Assembly: GCF_009834535.1 (NCBI RefSeq) | Contig: NC_045702.1 | Span: forward strand, 5,952,001 to 6,016,000 | DNA: 64,000 nt | Source of the DNA: Camelus ferus | Taxonomy: Eukaryota | Direction of reading: 5' to 3' | Shown: positions 1 through 11,070 of the stretch, one piece after another | How the letters are laid out: every line of letters starts with the position of its first letter | How positions within the stretch are numbered: the stretch's first letter is position 1 | Translations under genes and position numbers: made by a program | Notes under the pieces: generated by a model | Seen by the model: the letters and a program-made list of their open reading frames with translations, nothing else | The model's database searches: none | Told to the model about the DNA's origin: nothing

Positions 1-83
1 GTTTAATAGGTACAGAGTTTCAGTTTGGGATAATGAAAACGTTCTGGAGGTGGGTAGTGGTCATGGTTACACAACAATGTGTT
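1..83 (+). mobile_element. Ancient LINE-1 (L1M-type) 3' end fragment
   Basis: GAGTTTCAGTTTGGGATAATGAAAACGTTCTGGAGGTGGGTAGTGGTCATGGTTACACAACAATGTG resembles the L1MB-type 3' UTR consensus (pattern recognition only). Confidence 0.65.
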
Positions 84-124
84 TTCCCTTCTAGAAATAG
101 TCCATGAATTTATGAACATATATA

Positions 125-1080
125 GATACACATCATTCTTAATTAGCACTTGCCACCTGACCAGTGCGACTAGGGTATGGAATAAAACAAGAGACTGGTG
201 TTTACCACGTGGCTTCATCCCACTGAATGCTGCACATTGAAGATACTTGTGCTCACTTTTCTGAATGGACTCTCTGCAAGAGAGTGACGCAGCTGTTAAA
301 ATCGTTATGTATTTAAGTGCAAATGCTCTGAAACATCCCCAGTTTATAGGACTGTTGAAAGAACTAGAAGGCAATGCATTTAATAATCTTTTCTCTGCCA
401 ACATTCAGTGGTTGTATTGTGGAAGGGTTTTACTAAGGTTTACTGTATTGTTAACTCCAAGATTTTCTGGAAACAAAAAGAATATTAACCAAATATTCGA
501 TAATCAAAGATCAAAAGTTTCCTCACCAACAGTACACTACTGATTGACCAAGGTAAATTTGAAGCTCTGGAGAAAGGAAAAGCTCATTTGAGATCTAGCC
601 AGACAAATATAAGAATTTCAAATTAAATCTTATACTAACAGTGATCAATAATTTTGCCTTTGCCTACTTTTCTCACACAAATCAGTATGTCAAAGATTCT
701 AACTGTGGTAGATAACATTATGTAAACCGGCTACAAAAATTACAAGAAAAATTTGAAGGATACGTTGTTGAAATTGATAAACACATGAAGCTTTTGAATT
801 TATGCAATGTTATTTTTCTTTTATGTGAATTATACTGAGTTGACACGGAGTTAGTGACTTTACCTAACTTGGACAGATGTAGTTTTGAAACTGATAAGCT
901 TTTGCTTCAAGGTCAAGTCGGTTCTTTCAAAAAACATATACTAGTTTGTCTCTGCGGTTGCAAATGTTAAAGGAAAATGTTTTTGGTAGTCAGTTTGGTC
1001 ACTGGAAAACTTCGCCGGAATGACTTGGATCTGTGAATCTCCAGTTTCAACTGCGGTGCTGGGAAGGTTGTTAACCACCG
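125..1080 (+). mobile_element. Decayed hAT-Charlie/Buster-type DNA transposon (transposase fossil)
   Basis: Degenerate motifs appear in transposase order. A TDG-like segment lies at ~140-165, and H*MLHIEDTCAHFSE (CxxH region) at ~213-257. AVKIVMYLSANALKHPQFIGLLKELE...ANIQWLYCGRVLLRFTVLLTP (ORF 265-543) covers the RWLSRG region, and GMTWICESPVST at ~1017-1052 matches the CES motif. It is broken by stops and frameshifts. Confidence 0.75.
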
Positions 1081-2276
1081 TTAAGTAGCTTAGGGCTGTT
1101 ACCCCTCCCCTGGGTTGGGACATGGCACCTGGCGCTGAGCTCACAGATGTGCACTTAGTAACCCCTTCACATGTCCCCACCTGTGACTGCTCTGCAGTGC
1201 GGTGGCCCACCCATCACAGTCTTTTCACCCACAGGGGATTTTTGTCTGGCGGTGTGACCTACATTGTGTCTGCCCCCAGCAACATCCCCCCCCTTCGCCA
1301 GCGTCTCCTTCCTTTCCCGTTGCCACTGCCCTGCTCCCTGCCCCCCTTGCTCACCCCGGGACTGATGCAGCCCCCACCAAAGACAGGATGACTTCTGTGA
1401 TTTCCTCAGCTCCCACCTTGTCTTGGAAGTTTTCTCTGGTCACCCACCCCCAGGACGTCCCCCAGCATGCGGCCCTGGGCCCCAGTGTCTTCTGTGTGCC
1501 TGTTGTCTCTCTAGCCCCACCTGAAGCTCTTGGAGAACAAAGACCCCAGCTCTCATCTCTGCTTAATGATCGTGGACAACTCACAGATGGGACTGAAACA
1601 CTGATGGTGGGATTCCAGCCACAGAATTGGCTCATTGAAGCCAAAGGTCTTCCTGGTGCCCCCAGAGCATATTGCAAAGGAAGCTCCCAGCTCCACACAG
1701 AGAATCCTGGCAGGGTGCATGGGGAAGGGAAGACAGCCTGGTGCCAAAGACTGGCCACTCTCATTTCATCCTCAGAACAACCTTGCAGAGAAAGGAACAG
1801 AAGTTCCAGGGGTCTGGGCAGTTCAATGAGGTCCTCTCCGTGGGAGATGGGCAGGGGTCCTGGGCCCGGAAGCTGCAGTCCTGGTGAGAGACACACCAAG
1901 TCCCAGAGCTTGTTCCTATTTGCGCAGGACAAGTGGGAGCGGGACCCCTGTTTTCTCTGACTCCCTGGCGAGGTTACGAATCCCTCCACGCCGTCCACCC
2001 ACAGGAGTCATCTCTAGGGACGCCCCTTCCTTCTCAGCGTGGCTTTGGGGCCGCGGGGCCAGGAGGAGGATCTAATGACTCCTTATGTTCTCCTATGCTT
2101 TGAGGATGTCTGTATTTCTGGGAAGAATTTCTTGAGATGAGTGTTGCTGGGGACTGGTCGCCCAGGAAGGGCCCAAGGAAAGGGCAGCCCTACCTGGGGC
2201 AGGGCCGTCCTGCATTCTGCAGAGACGTGGCCCAGCGGAGACTGCGGACAGCTGGCGGAGGGGAGGGCGGCTCCGT

Positions 2277-2322
2277 CAGGGGCAGGGGCAGGGGCAGCGG
2301 CAGCGGCAGCGGCAGCGGCAGG
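2277..2322 (+). repeat. G-rich hexamer tandem repeat (CAGGGG)3(CAGCGG)4 in the RARRES2 upstream region
   Basis: Read directly: caggggcaggggcaggggcagcggcagcggcagcggcagcggcagg. Confidence 0.9.
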
Positions 2323-2479
2323 CGGGACAAAGGGCAGGGGGCAGGCGGGTGGGATGGGGAGGGAAGTCCCGGAGGGCAAGCGCCTAGAGGCAAGTCCCGG
2401 CGGGTGGGGAGGAGCCTCGGCTGCGCTGAGATCTGGAGGGGGCCCAGGAGGTGGGAGTGGGAGGAGATGGGGGCTGACC

Positions 2480-2578
2480 CGCAGGAGGGAGGAGGGGGTA
2501 CCGGGAAGAGGCTGACAGCCTGGCCAAGAGTCGGCCTTGGGAGGCGTAGGAGAGAGACCCCAAGGCGCAGGAAAGGAG
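2480..2578 (+). other. RARRES2: RARRES2 putative non-coding exon 1 (start approximate)
   Basis: Ends at donor GAG|GTGAGG (GT 2579-2580). The segment GGGAAGAGGCTGACAGCCTGGCCAAGA...GAGACCCCAAGGCGCAGGAAAGGAG resembles my recollection of the human RARRES2 5' UTR. The exon 2 acceptor is at ~3501. Confidence 0.6.
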
Positions 2579-3524
2579 GTGAGGAGGGGACAGTGGCGGG
2601 GGCAGCTGGACCGGAGGACAGGGAGGGTAAAGGGTGCACCTCAGAAGGGTGAGATTTGTCACCTTGTCCGTGAGCCCTCTCTTTAAGGCACATGTGTGGC
2701 TTTCTGGTCCTAAGACCACTGTAAAGGTAGAGTTCTCAGGGAGGGTCCAGCCCTCAGGCGACCCCAGTAGTAGATGGGGGGCAGGATCAGAGGTCTGGGA
2801 GAGCCGTGGTGGGGAGGGCCCCAGAGAAAACAGCAAGGGAGGGAGGGTCTACCTTAAGAAGAAAGCCGCGGGTGGGGCCGAGGCGAGACCCTCATTTCTG
2901 GGGTTGGGGGTAGGGCTGATGGCGACGGGCACTTTCAGCACCGGGAGGGTTACGCATCCCAGTTCCCACCCGCTCTGGGCCCCTCCCACGTGTTTACGTC
3001 CTCCCAAAAATATTCAGCCTCCAGCCGGCCTCCTTTCTGTGCCTGCCCCTCCCCTTCCCCCCAGCTGCAGGGGCCGGATGGTGAGGGTCAGGGGCCAGGA
3101 CCCAGCGAGCCAGCGGTGGGGGGGTGGGGCAGGAGCAGGGGTCAGAGACAGCGAGAGAGAACACAGGCCAGAAAAAGGGGAAGGGTCGGAGTGGGCAACA
3201 GCATCACTTCCCGAGCTGTTGGCTTGAGGACTGAAGCCGACACAGCCCCGACCAGGGTCAGGGCCAAACCCAGGCTGAGCTGGACTGGGCAAGAGTTGGG
3301 GCAGGGCTAGGAGGAGAAGGCCCCGGGGAATACCAGGGGCGTCTCTGAACACAGGGCTACTTCCCGTCCCTCCACCTCTGGAGGGCCGGGGGTCTGGAGC
3401 TCTGCCAGGTGTAGCCCCCCAGCCACACGGCCAGGGAGTTGGTGGCTCCACAGGCAGCCTGGAAGAGCTGAGGGTCCACCCACACCCGCACCTTTCGCAA
3501 GGTCAGGGTGACTGAGGCGGAGCC

Positions 3525-3698
3525 ATGTGGCAGCTGCTGCTCCCGCTGGCCCTGTGGCTGGGCGCGATGGGCTTGGGCAGGGCTGAGCTCACGGAGGCCC
3601 AGCACCGGGGCCTGCAGGTGGCCCTGGAAGAATTCCACAAGCATCCGCCCGTGCAGTGGGCCTTCCAGAAGACCAGCATGGACAGTGCCATGGACATG
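3525..3698 (+). CDS. RARRES2: Chemerin (retinoic acid receptor responder 2), coding exon 1: signal peptide + N-terminus
   Basis: gccATG Kozak; MWQLLLPLALWLGAMGLGRA-ELTEAQHRGLQVALEEFHKHPPVQWAF; 174 nt; donor GTGAGC at 3699. Confidence 0.97.
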
Positions 3699-3936
3699 GT
3701 GAGCGACACCGCAGGGAGGGGTGGGGGACAGGGCCACGGCCCGGGACACCGGTGCCTTCTCAGGAAGCAGCAGCAAGAGCACTTGGGCTCCAAGCACCCA
3801 GCTCTCCAGAGAAAGGCCACCACCCCAGCCACCTCCTGGGAATGTGCTGTTTCACTGAGGGGAGCAGGGACAGGTCACACCCAGGAACTGCTCTGCCCGC
3901 TTAGCTGGCCGCTGGCCTCCCTCTGTCTGTTGGCAG

Positions 3937-4041
3937 CCCTTGTCGGCCGGGACCTTTGTGAGGCTGGAATTTAAGCTCCAGCAGACGAGCTGCCGGAAGA
4001 AGGACTGGAAGAATGCTGAGTGCAAGGTCAAGCCCAACGGG
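3937..4041 (+). CDS. RARRES2: Chemerin coding exon 2
   Basis: tggcAG acceptor; PLSAGTFVRLEFKLQQTSCRKKDWKNAECKVKPNG; 105 nt; donor GTGAGT. Confidence 0.97.
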
Positions 4042-4922
4042 GTGAGTGAGGGCACGTGTATGTGACGGGGCACGCGCTCCCGGTGGGCATGGGACTGGGG
4101 TTCAGCAGCAGATAGGGTTGGAGACCCCAGGGTGGAGCAGCCTCCCTACAGCTGACTGCCTCAGTCTGAGCCTGTGGTCATGATGGTTGTGGGTGGGCTG
4201 GCGGCCTGGACGGGAGGGAAGAGGGAAGCTGAGCTGTTCAGAGGACACGAGTTCCTTAAGGTGGGTCTACCTCCCATCCGGGTTCCTCTCTCAGGCTTCA
4301 GGTCACTGGTGAAAGAAGCCCATGGTGTGGGGTTTGTTGGGCCCCCACCCTAGGCCTGGTGAACTCCCCATTTTCCATGAGTTTTCAAGTGGAGGTAGCC
4401 CAACCTGGGCTGATTCAAAACCAGGCTTGACTGTCCACTGCCCCAAGGGAGCTCCGTGGGCTGGGAGCCAATGATCTGGGGTCTAGTCCCAGCTCCACCA
4501 AGCACCAGCCCTGTTACTCTGTAGACTCTTTGAAGATCTCAGTTCCCTCCATCTTTTAAAGTGGGGACTGGATTATACTTGTGGTTTTCCAGACTTTTAT
4601 ACCAGGACTCTTGTGTTCACATCAAATCTTAGAAAATGCAAATGAATGTAATAGGTGACAGCAGAGTGGCTCTGGTGGGGAGAACCCACCTGGGGGAGGA
4701 GTCCTGCCTACACACACTCACACCCTCAAGTTCCATAGCTGGGAAACTGCAGGATGGTCTGGCTTCTGAAATGCCCCAGTTCCAGGTGCGCTGCACCTGG
4801 AACCAGCTGGCCTGCCAAGGGGAACAACCCCCGCTGTAGGCTGCCCCCCAGCTTCCCCATTCTTGGGGCGGCATGCCTCCCCTCACCCCTTTCCTCTCCC
4901 GGCTCCATGCCCCCCTCCCCAG

Positions 4923-5018
4923 AGAAAGCGGAAATGCCTGGCCTGCATCAAATTGGACTCTGAGGATAAAGTCTTGGGCCGGATGGTCCACTGCCCCTTA
5001 GAGATGCAGGCTCAACAG
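4923..5018 (+). CDS. RARRES2: Chemerin coding exon 3
   Basis: ccccAG acceptor; RKRKCLACIKLDSEDKVLGRMVHCPLEMQAQQ; 96 nt; donor GTATGC. Confidence 0.97.
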
Positions 5019-5204
5019 GTATGCGTGGGCACAGGAGGGGGCTGGCAAGATGGATAGCAACTGGGTCTGTGGGAGAGGTGGGAGGCCGAAGCCTGGATGG
5101 AGGGGTGAGGAGGGGCTCTGGGACTTGGGGATGTGGTGGTGGACACTGCCAGCCCTCCCTGGGCGCTGCTTGGCGTGGGCCTGAGCAGCCGCTGGTGCCA
5201 GCAG

Positions 5205-5321
5205 GGAAGCAAGGAGCACCAGGAGGCCCAGTGCAGCAGGGTGCAGCGGGCCGGTGAGGACCTCCAGAGCTACTACTTACCCGGACAGTTTGCCTTCCTC
5301 AAAGCCTTGCCCCCCAGCTGA
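5205..5321 (+). CDS. RARRES2: Chemerin coding exon 4 (C-terminal receptor-activating peptide, stop)
   Basis: GSKEHQEAQCSRVQRAGEDLQSYYLPGQFAFLKALPPS-TGA. The spliced total is 163 aa, the known prochemerin length. Donor GTAGGT at 5331 leads to a 3'UTR exon starting ~5527. Confidence 0.96.
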   Translation, partial: GSKEHQEAQCSRVQRAGEDLQSYYLPGQFAFLKALPPS

Positions 5322-5624
5322 GGACTGAAGGTAGGTGGCCAGAGGGAGGAAGAGAGGACGGAGTGGGGCGAGGACAGCCTGGGGTGGGGTTGGGCTGGGA
5401 GACTGAGCTGCAGCTAGGCTGTGGGAGGCAGGGAGGAGAAGGATTCACAGCCTGAGAAGAAAGCTGGGACCGGGCCCAAACAGCCTCCCTCACACCCAGT
5501 CTTAGTTTCTTTCCCCTTTCCTCTAGAAGTTCATCTGGCTTCCTGGAAGCTGTGGGAGGTAACCAGTGAGAGACCACCCTCCCTTCTCCGCGCCCAGGGA
5601 GGACCAGCCCACTATCCCTGAGCT

Positions 5625-5630
5625 AATAAA
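5625..5630 (+). terminator. RARRES2: RARRES2 poly(A) signal AATAAA
   Basis: AATAAA ~100 nt into the terminal non-coding exon (acceptor ...ctctAG at 5525-5526). Confidence 0.8.
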
Positions 5631-5897
5631 ACTGCTCTCCAGCTGTGTTCCCTCCTCCCGTACATATCCCCTCTCCATCCCCCCAGCTTAACTGGTCAGA
5701 GGCCTGGTATGTGAAGAAAGGCCCTGGATGCAGTGAAGCCTGATGGGGGAGGGGCACAGGATACTTCCCATTGGACACCCAGAAGGCAGTGTGCTCCTCC
5801 GCCTCCCCCAGGAGAGACCAGAGCTGGCAGGGACCCAGGCTTGCTTTCAAGAGCCCACGGGAAATGACAGGCAGTGATGCAAACAAAAACACAAGTA

Positions 5898-5903
5898 TTT
5901 AAT
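5898..5903 (-). terminator. LRRC61: Putative LRRC61 poly(A) signal ATTAAA
   Basis: TTTAAT on + (ATTAAA on -) ~600 nt downstream of the LRRC61 stop, followed on - by a TG/T-rich tract. Confidence 0.6.
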
Positions 5904-6507
5904 AGGGATGGGCGTGGGTGGGAACAGTCAGCGCAGGCTCCGGGGAGACCCAGGACTGGGGGCACAGCAGAGGGTCACTGGGACAGGCGAATTCGGAAGG
6001 TGGGTAGGTGCGGCTTCCACGCTCTGTGCTCTGCCCTGTCCTCACCCAGGACTGGCTGGAACAGGAGGCTCGCTATCTGTGTCTTTCTCTCACCTTGAGC
6101 CTTAGGAAGAAGCAACTTTCTTCCACTGAGTCTCGGGCTCTCGCAGCCAGGAGTGGCAGCAGCTGTGGACACGGGGCCTCTTCCAAGGCGCAGTGTAGGT
6201 TGCAGGACAGCCTCACACAATGCCAGCTGCCAATGGAGGGCTTGAGGGCCCTCACACCTGCTAGAGGCCGCTCTGGAGGGAGGTGTGTCCCTGACGTATG
6301 TGGCAGAGGGTGGGGAATTTTTCTTGAGGTCAGAGTGGGAGGGAGGGGGCTGCTCTTGGGGACAGGGACCCATGAAGAGCCCCAGGTGCAGGGCCAGTGA
6401 CCAGCATGATGAAATGGTGAAAACAAGCACGGAGGCAAGCGGGGACTTGTAGGTGAGGAGGCATAATGTGCCAACCCCATGGCCCTGGGCCAGGCCGCAG
6501 GACACGC

Positions 6508-7253
6508 TCAAAAGACAAAGGAGGAGGTGGTGCCTGCAGGGCCGAGCGCCCGCTCAGCCTGGGCCAGGCTGTCCCCGGCCTGGCGGTCCAGGTCGCGGCA
6601 CTCCTGTAGGGTGGCCTGGAACTGCCGGCAGGCCTCCTCTAGGATGGCGCTGCTGGGGGTGGGCCAGGACTCCCAGTACCCAGGCTCTACCCAGGGCTGG
6701 GCCTCCCGGGCTCGGGGGCCGGGGCCTGAGCTGGGGCGCAGGGAGCTGTCCAGGTCCCGGCACAGCTGGTAGAAGTCACTGCCGCACCCGCTCACGCGCT
6801 CGCCATCGATGGCCTTCAGGCCGGGCAGCAGCTCCCGGACCGCGGCCCCGTAGGTGGGGCTGGCGCAGAGCGGGTTGCTGAGCCGGGCCAGCGGGTCGCG
6901 GAGCCGCAGGCACTCGAGGCCCCGGCCAGCAGGTTGCCGGCCACGTTGAGGCTCTGCAGGTTCTCGCAGGCGGCCAGGGGCTCCAGCCCCGTCAGCCGGT
7001 TGTTAGCGACGTTGAGCACAGCCAGCTGGCGCAGGGAGGCCAGCGGGCCCAGCTGGGTGAGCGCGTTGCCCGACAGGTCCAGCCACTCGAGGCCCAGGCA
7101 CTCCCCCAAGCAGCCCAGGTCCACCAGCCCCAGGCCCCGCAGCTTCAGCAGCAGGATGGACTCCAGGGCGAACTCGCCCGAGCGTGACTTGAGCAGCTGG
7201 GGTGTGACGCGCACCCCATCAGCCTCACCTGGCTTCTCACCCCGAGGCTCCAT
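6508..7253 (-). CDS. LRRC61: Leucine-rich repeat-containing protein 61, single coding exon, frameshifted by an apparent 34-nt deletion near 6922
   Basis: The N-terminal frame reads MEPRGEKPGEADGVRVTPQLLKSRSGEFALESILLLKLRGLGL...NVAGNLLA. The C-terminal frame reads GLECLRLRDPLARLSNPLC...DFYQLCRDLDSSLRP...TSSFVF-TGA. The span is 746 nt versus 780 nt for the 259-aa human protein as I recall it. The exon acceptor is at 7382-7383. Confidence 0.9.
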
Positions 7254-10252
7254 GAGACAAAGTGGGCCACCTAGGCCCTGGCAGGTCCGTCCCTGGGATG
7301 TAGGTGCCACTGGAGGTCAGCTGGCTGCTCTCCCTGAAGGAGGCCTGTTTCCAACACCCCGACTCACAGGCCTGCAGGTCCCTGAGGAGAGACAATGACA
7401 TAGTCAGCGGGCCTCCGAGCACCTCCGTGACCACCCAGCCTCTACCGCCAGGGCCAGAAACCTAGATGGCCCAGCATGACGTGAGGACTCAAGTCCAAGG
7501 CAAAGGAGGGCAAAGAGCCCCTTAGAGAGAGGTGGGTGGGCACAGGCCCCCACCTAAGGGGGGCCCCCGACTTGGCTCTGGGGGTCATGGCCATGCTGGA
7601 TGGAATTCAGGCCCAATGTTGCCAATTATTCCCATTTTCCAAATCTGCACTCAGGCACAATCGCGGTATTTTCCTTTCTTGGTAACCACTCATGATTATC
7701 TGTTATTATTTCTGAGGTGCTTCTTTTTAACCATTTAAATTTATTTTTGAATAGATAACAGGTCACCATCATCGCTGATCTTGTTTCCTTCCTGGGAGAG
7801 CTATACATTTGCAAACACAAAGTAGAGCACGCTGGGCCTTGCTTTATTCGCCCGAATGTATTCTGGACTCAATTTTTCTTTTAAGCAATGAATTCAAAAT
7901 GGTTTCCGGGTTCCATGGGCCAACTTGTAACCTCTGGTTGCAGCTGTGGGGCCTGAAGGCTCAGCCTTCAGTCCCAGATGAGGCAACTGAGGGACGCCAG
8001 ACGCCCGGGGAGTAGGCGGCAGGACTGCCAGGCCCCAGGCCTTTGCTACCGCTACCCCCGCCCCCGCCCGCCCGCTGGCCCGCCCGGGCACTGGCTCTTC
8101 ACTCCGGCGTCCACAGAACAGCATTTCTCTGGATGCCAGATAACACAGTTCCAACTGCAAACATGACATCATTTCCAAAGTGGGCAAAGGGGGTCTGGGG
8201 AGGGCAGGCCAGGCAGTCAAGGAAGCCATCTTGGAGGGAGGGGCAGGGTGGCACCTATGTTAGCTCCAGAAAGGCAAGGGAAGGAGGGGACTTTCAAGTC
8301 ACCAGGGGCCACAGAAGCCGAAGTGCCAGTGCAAGACCAGCCGTGACAGAGGAGGCCTGGGGGTGGGTCGCTGGCGATGCTGAGCACAGAGGGGTCAGGG
8401 TTTAGGCGAGAGGAAAACAAACAGGGACTTCTGCTCCAAGTGGCAGCTCCCCAACCCAGCAGACGCCGGCCAGGCCCAGGCCAGGCCAGGCCAGGCAGGG
8501 TGACGCCTGCAGAGAACCAAGGGGCCTTTCACTCCCGCTGTTTACAAAACCCACCGGGGCTGGAGTGTCCGCCAGGCCCAAGCTGCGTTTCTATAGTAAC
8601 GTCACTTTCCATTCCCCCTCCTAGGAAACCAGACCCAAAGCTCCTCCCACACCCCACTCCTCCAGCCCTGGGGAGCTGGGGAGGCTGCTAACGTATCTGG
8701 CCCCAACCCTCCCACCCCACGTCTGAGAAAGGGGTCCCCCATCTTTACCCAGCACCCCCCTCGTGGGCAGCAGTCCAGCTCCTTCATTTCCACCAGAGTT
8801 TCTTGCCAAAAGGCATTGGAGGCACCTGAAGAAGCCTGGCTCATTCTCCGCAGGAGCATCTGCTGGGGTTTGTCAGCAGGGAGTGACGCAGTCCCCTCTG
8901 CATCTGGTTACACCTGCTCTGGCCTGTAGGGTGGGGTGGGGCACGAGGGGCACCAGACCCTGAAAACATGCCATAAAAGCACTAGCAAGCGACAAGGACC
9001 CCGCCAAAGGCAACGAGAGATGGAGAGGAGGGAGAACACGTGCTTGGGACCTGGCCACGTGACCAGACGCACAGCTCCTACCTCCCACGCAGCTGGGACA
9101 GGCAGGGTGGGGGCAAGAAGACTTAGCTGGGACAAGGCTATAGGGTGCCTGTGGCATCGGCCTTAGGAGGCAGGTGCAGATCCACCCACCATGTGAGCAC
9201 ACAGCACACCAGGCCAGCCTTAAGGGGACACGGGCTTCTTTCAGTTATCTGTGGACCTTACTCTAGGAGGATGGCTATCCTCCCAGCCATACTATTTTGG
9301 GGGTGAAAGTGGTCAGGAACCCCTGGGGTACACTGGGTCCAAACGAGAAGAGGCCATCAGGTGGGGCAGTCTGGGGCAGAGGGGAGGCCACAGTGGACCA
9401 CGAGGGTCAGGGAGAGATGCCCTGAGGAGCAGGTTAGTGATGGAGATGGAGGTGGTGGCCCGAAGGGAAGGAAAGAACGAGGGAGCAGGGACAGAATGGT
9501 GTACCCGCTGCCCACGGTAAAGCCGGAGGGTAGAGGAATGCTTTCTGCAGAAGAGGAACCAGAGGAGCAGAAAGATCCCACTGGGACTGCAAATCAAGCC
9601 TTCTGTGCCCCAAGGTCCTATCTGGTGGGAAATACATGCCCCTCCAGCCCACGGCTCTGTGCCTTCGGTCCTGCACCCTTGTCCGCAGTTAGATGAACAG
9701 CACCACAGTCAAAACACGATTTGCCAGTGCATCAACCGTCTCCGTTCTGCTCCTAGTCACTGTCTTACCTCAGATCTGCACACCTCAACAAGGCAAGGGC
9801 CCACACACCTGTGCAAACCCAGGTGTACCCAAATGGAGAGGCTAGCAACTGAGAGGAGGCTCTTCACGATGGGAGAATGGCTCAGCCACACCTAACCCTG
9901 TCAGCCCTCCTCTCTGAAAAGCAAGGAAATGAGCAGAGGCTGTTGGCCCAGTGCGGGTCTGTGAAAAGGACTTAGTTATGTGGATGAGACTATGACCAAG
10001 ACACAGGTGACATTCAGCTCTCCGGAGGGAGGCCCATCTTCCCTTGTTCAGAGCCAGCTTTTCTGAATCTCAGGTTACCTCTGTAGGAAATGGGCCAGGA
10101 AAGGATGCCCGTGAGTCAGGAAGAGTGGGGCAGAGCTAAGTCTAGGAGAGAAAAAGTTCAACTCAGAGCAGCCTCAGGTGGACAGTCACCTGGCAGCTTC
10201 GGCGGACTGGGGACCCTCCTCCACCCCATCGCCTCCCGTCCCCGATCTGGCA

Positions 10253-10464
10253 CAGGTTCTTCAACCCTGGCCCTACCACCATTTGGGGCTGGATTGCGTC
10301 TGTTGTGGGGTCTGCTCTGGCCATTGCAGGATGTTCAGCAGCATGTGTTTTCCACCCACGAGAGGACAGGAACAATTCCCCCTACAGGCTGTGCCAACCA
10401 AAACCTCTCCAGAAACTGCTGAATGTCCCCTGGGGAACAAAACTTTTCCTGTTGAGAACCACTG
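10253..10464 (-). mobile_element. MER20-like hAT-Charlie MITE, near full length
   Basis: The minus strand begins CAGTGGTTCTCAACAGG...CCCCAGGGGACATTCAGCAG and ends ...GGTTGAAGAACCTG, matching the MER20 pattern. Confidence 0.75.
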
Positions 10465-11064
10465 CTCTGGAGCCCAAGCCCCCAAGACCGTGAAGCTTCT
10501 CACCCTCCTCCTTGCACCGACCCCCGTCTTCCTCACATGCTCCCACCCCACTGCCTCTCCATTCCAGCCCCTCACCCTCAGGAACACAGAGTGCGGTTCC
10601 GTGACGCCGAACAGCAAGGGGACGGTGCCCCTGCCAAGGACAGCTCAAGGGGATAGTGGCACTGACCATGAGCGGCCCCCAGAACAACTTGGGGTGCATC
10701 ACATCCCCGCCCCCACCTTACCTACTGCACCCGCATGTGGGAGGCAGGGACAGGATGATGCAGTTTTAAGATGATCTCAGGCGATTCACATTCAAGTCTG
10801 AGCCACATGTGCAATTTAAGGGAGGGAGGCAGGGAGGGGGCCGGGCTGGTGCAGGGCAGCGCCCTGATCTCATCACCAAATGAGGTTGATACAGAGTCGG
10901 GGACGTTACAGAGCACAGCCTCAGTCCTGGCCTCTCATCACAGGGAGCCGGTGACACACACCCTCTCCAACGGCTGGGACAGGAGATGCGACCTAAGCAG
11001 TGTGGAGGCCAGACCTGACTTCCAGTCACGCTGCTCCAACCACTGAACGTGATCTGTACGAAGC

Positions 11065-11070
11065 TTTATT
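11065..11070 (-). terminator. Putative ZBED10 poly(A) signal AATAAA (inside LRRC61 intron)
   Basis: First canonical minus-strand AATAAA I find downstream of the ZBED10 stop (~1.17 kb 3'UTR). Confidence 0.6.

Noticed and set aside
1202-1960. 252-aa plus-strand ORF
   Set aside because: GTG start, Pro/Ser-rich, no domain or splice support; expected by chance in GC-rich DNA.
2083-3451. Many overlapping 100-200 aa Gly/Arg/Pro-rich ORFs
   Set aside because: By-products of GC-rich promoter/intron sequence of RARRES2; the same applies to ORFs in the CpG islands at 18.5, 33.7 and 62.5 kb.
8040-8500. GC-box cluster and CCAGG pentamer repeats in the LRRC61 intron as an internal promoter
   Set aside because: Short, with no convincing minus-strand donor linking it to the coding exon.
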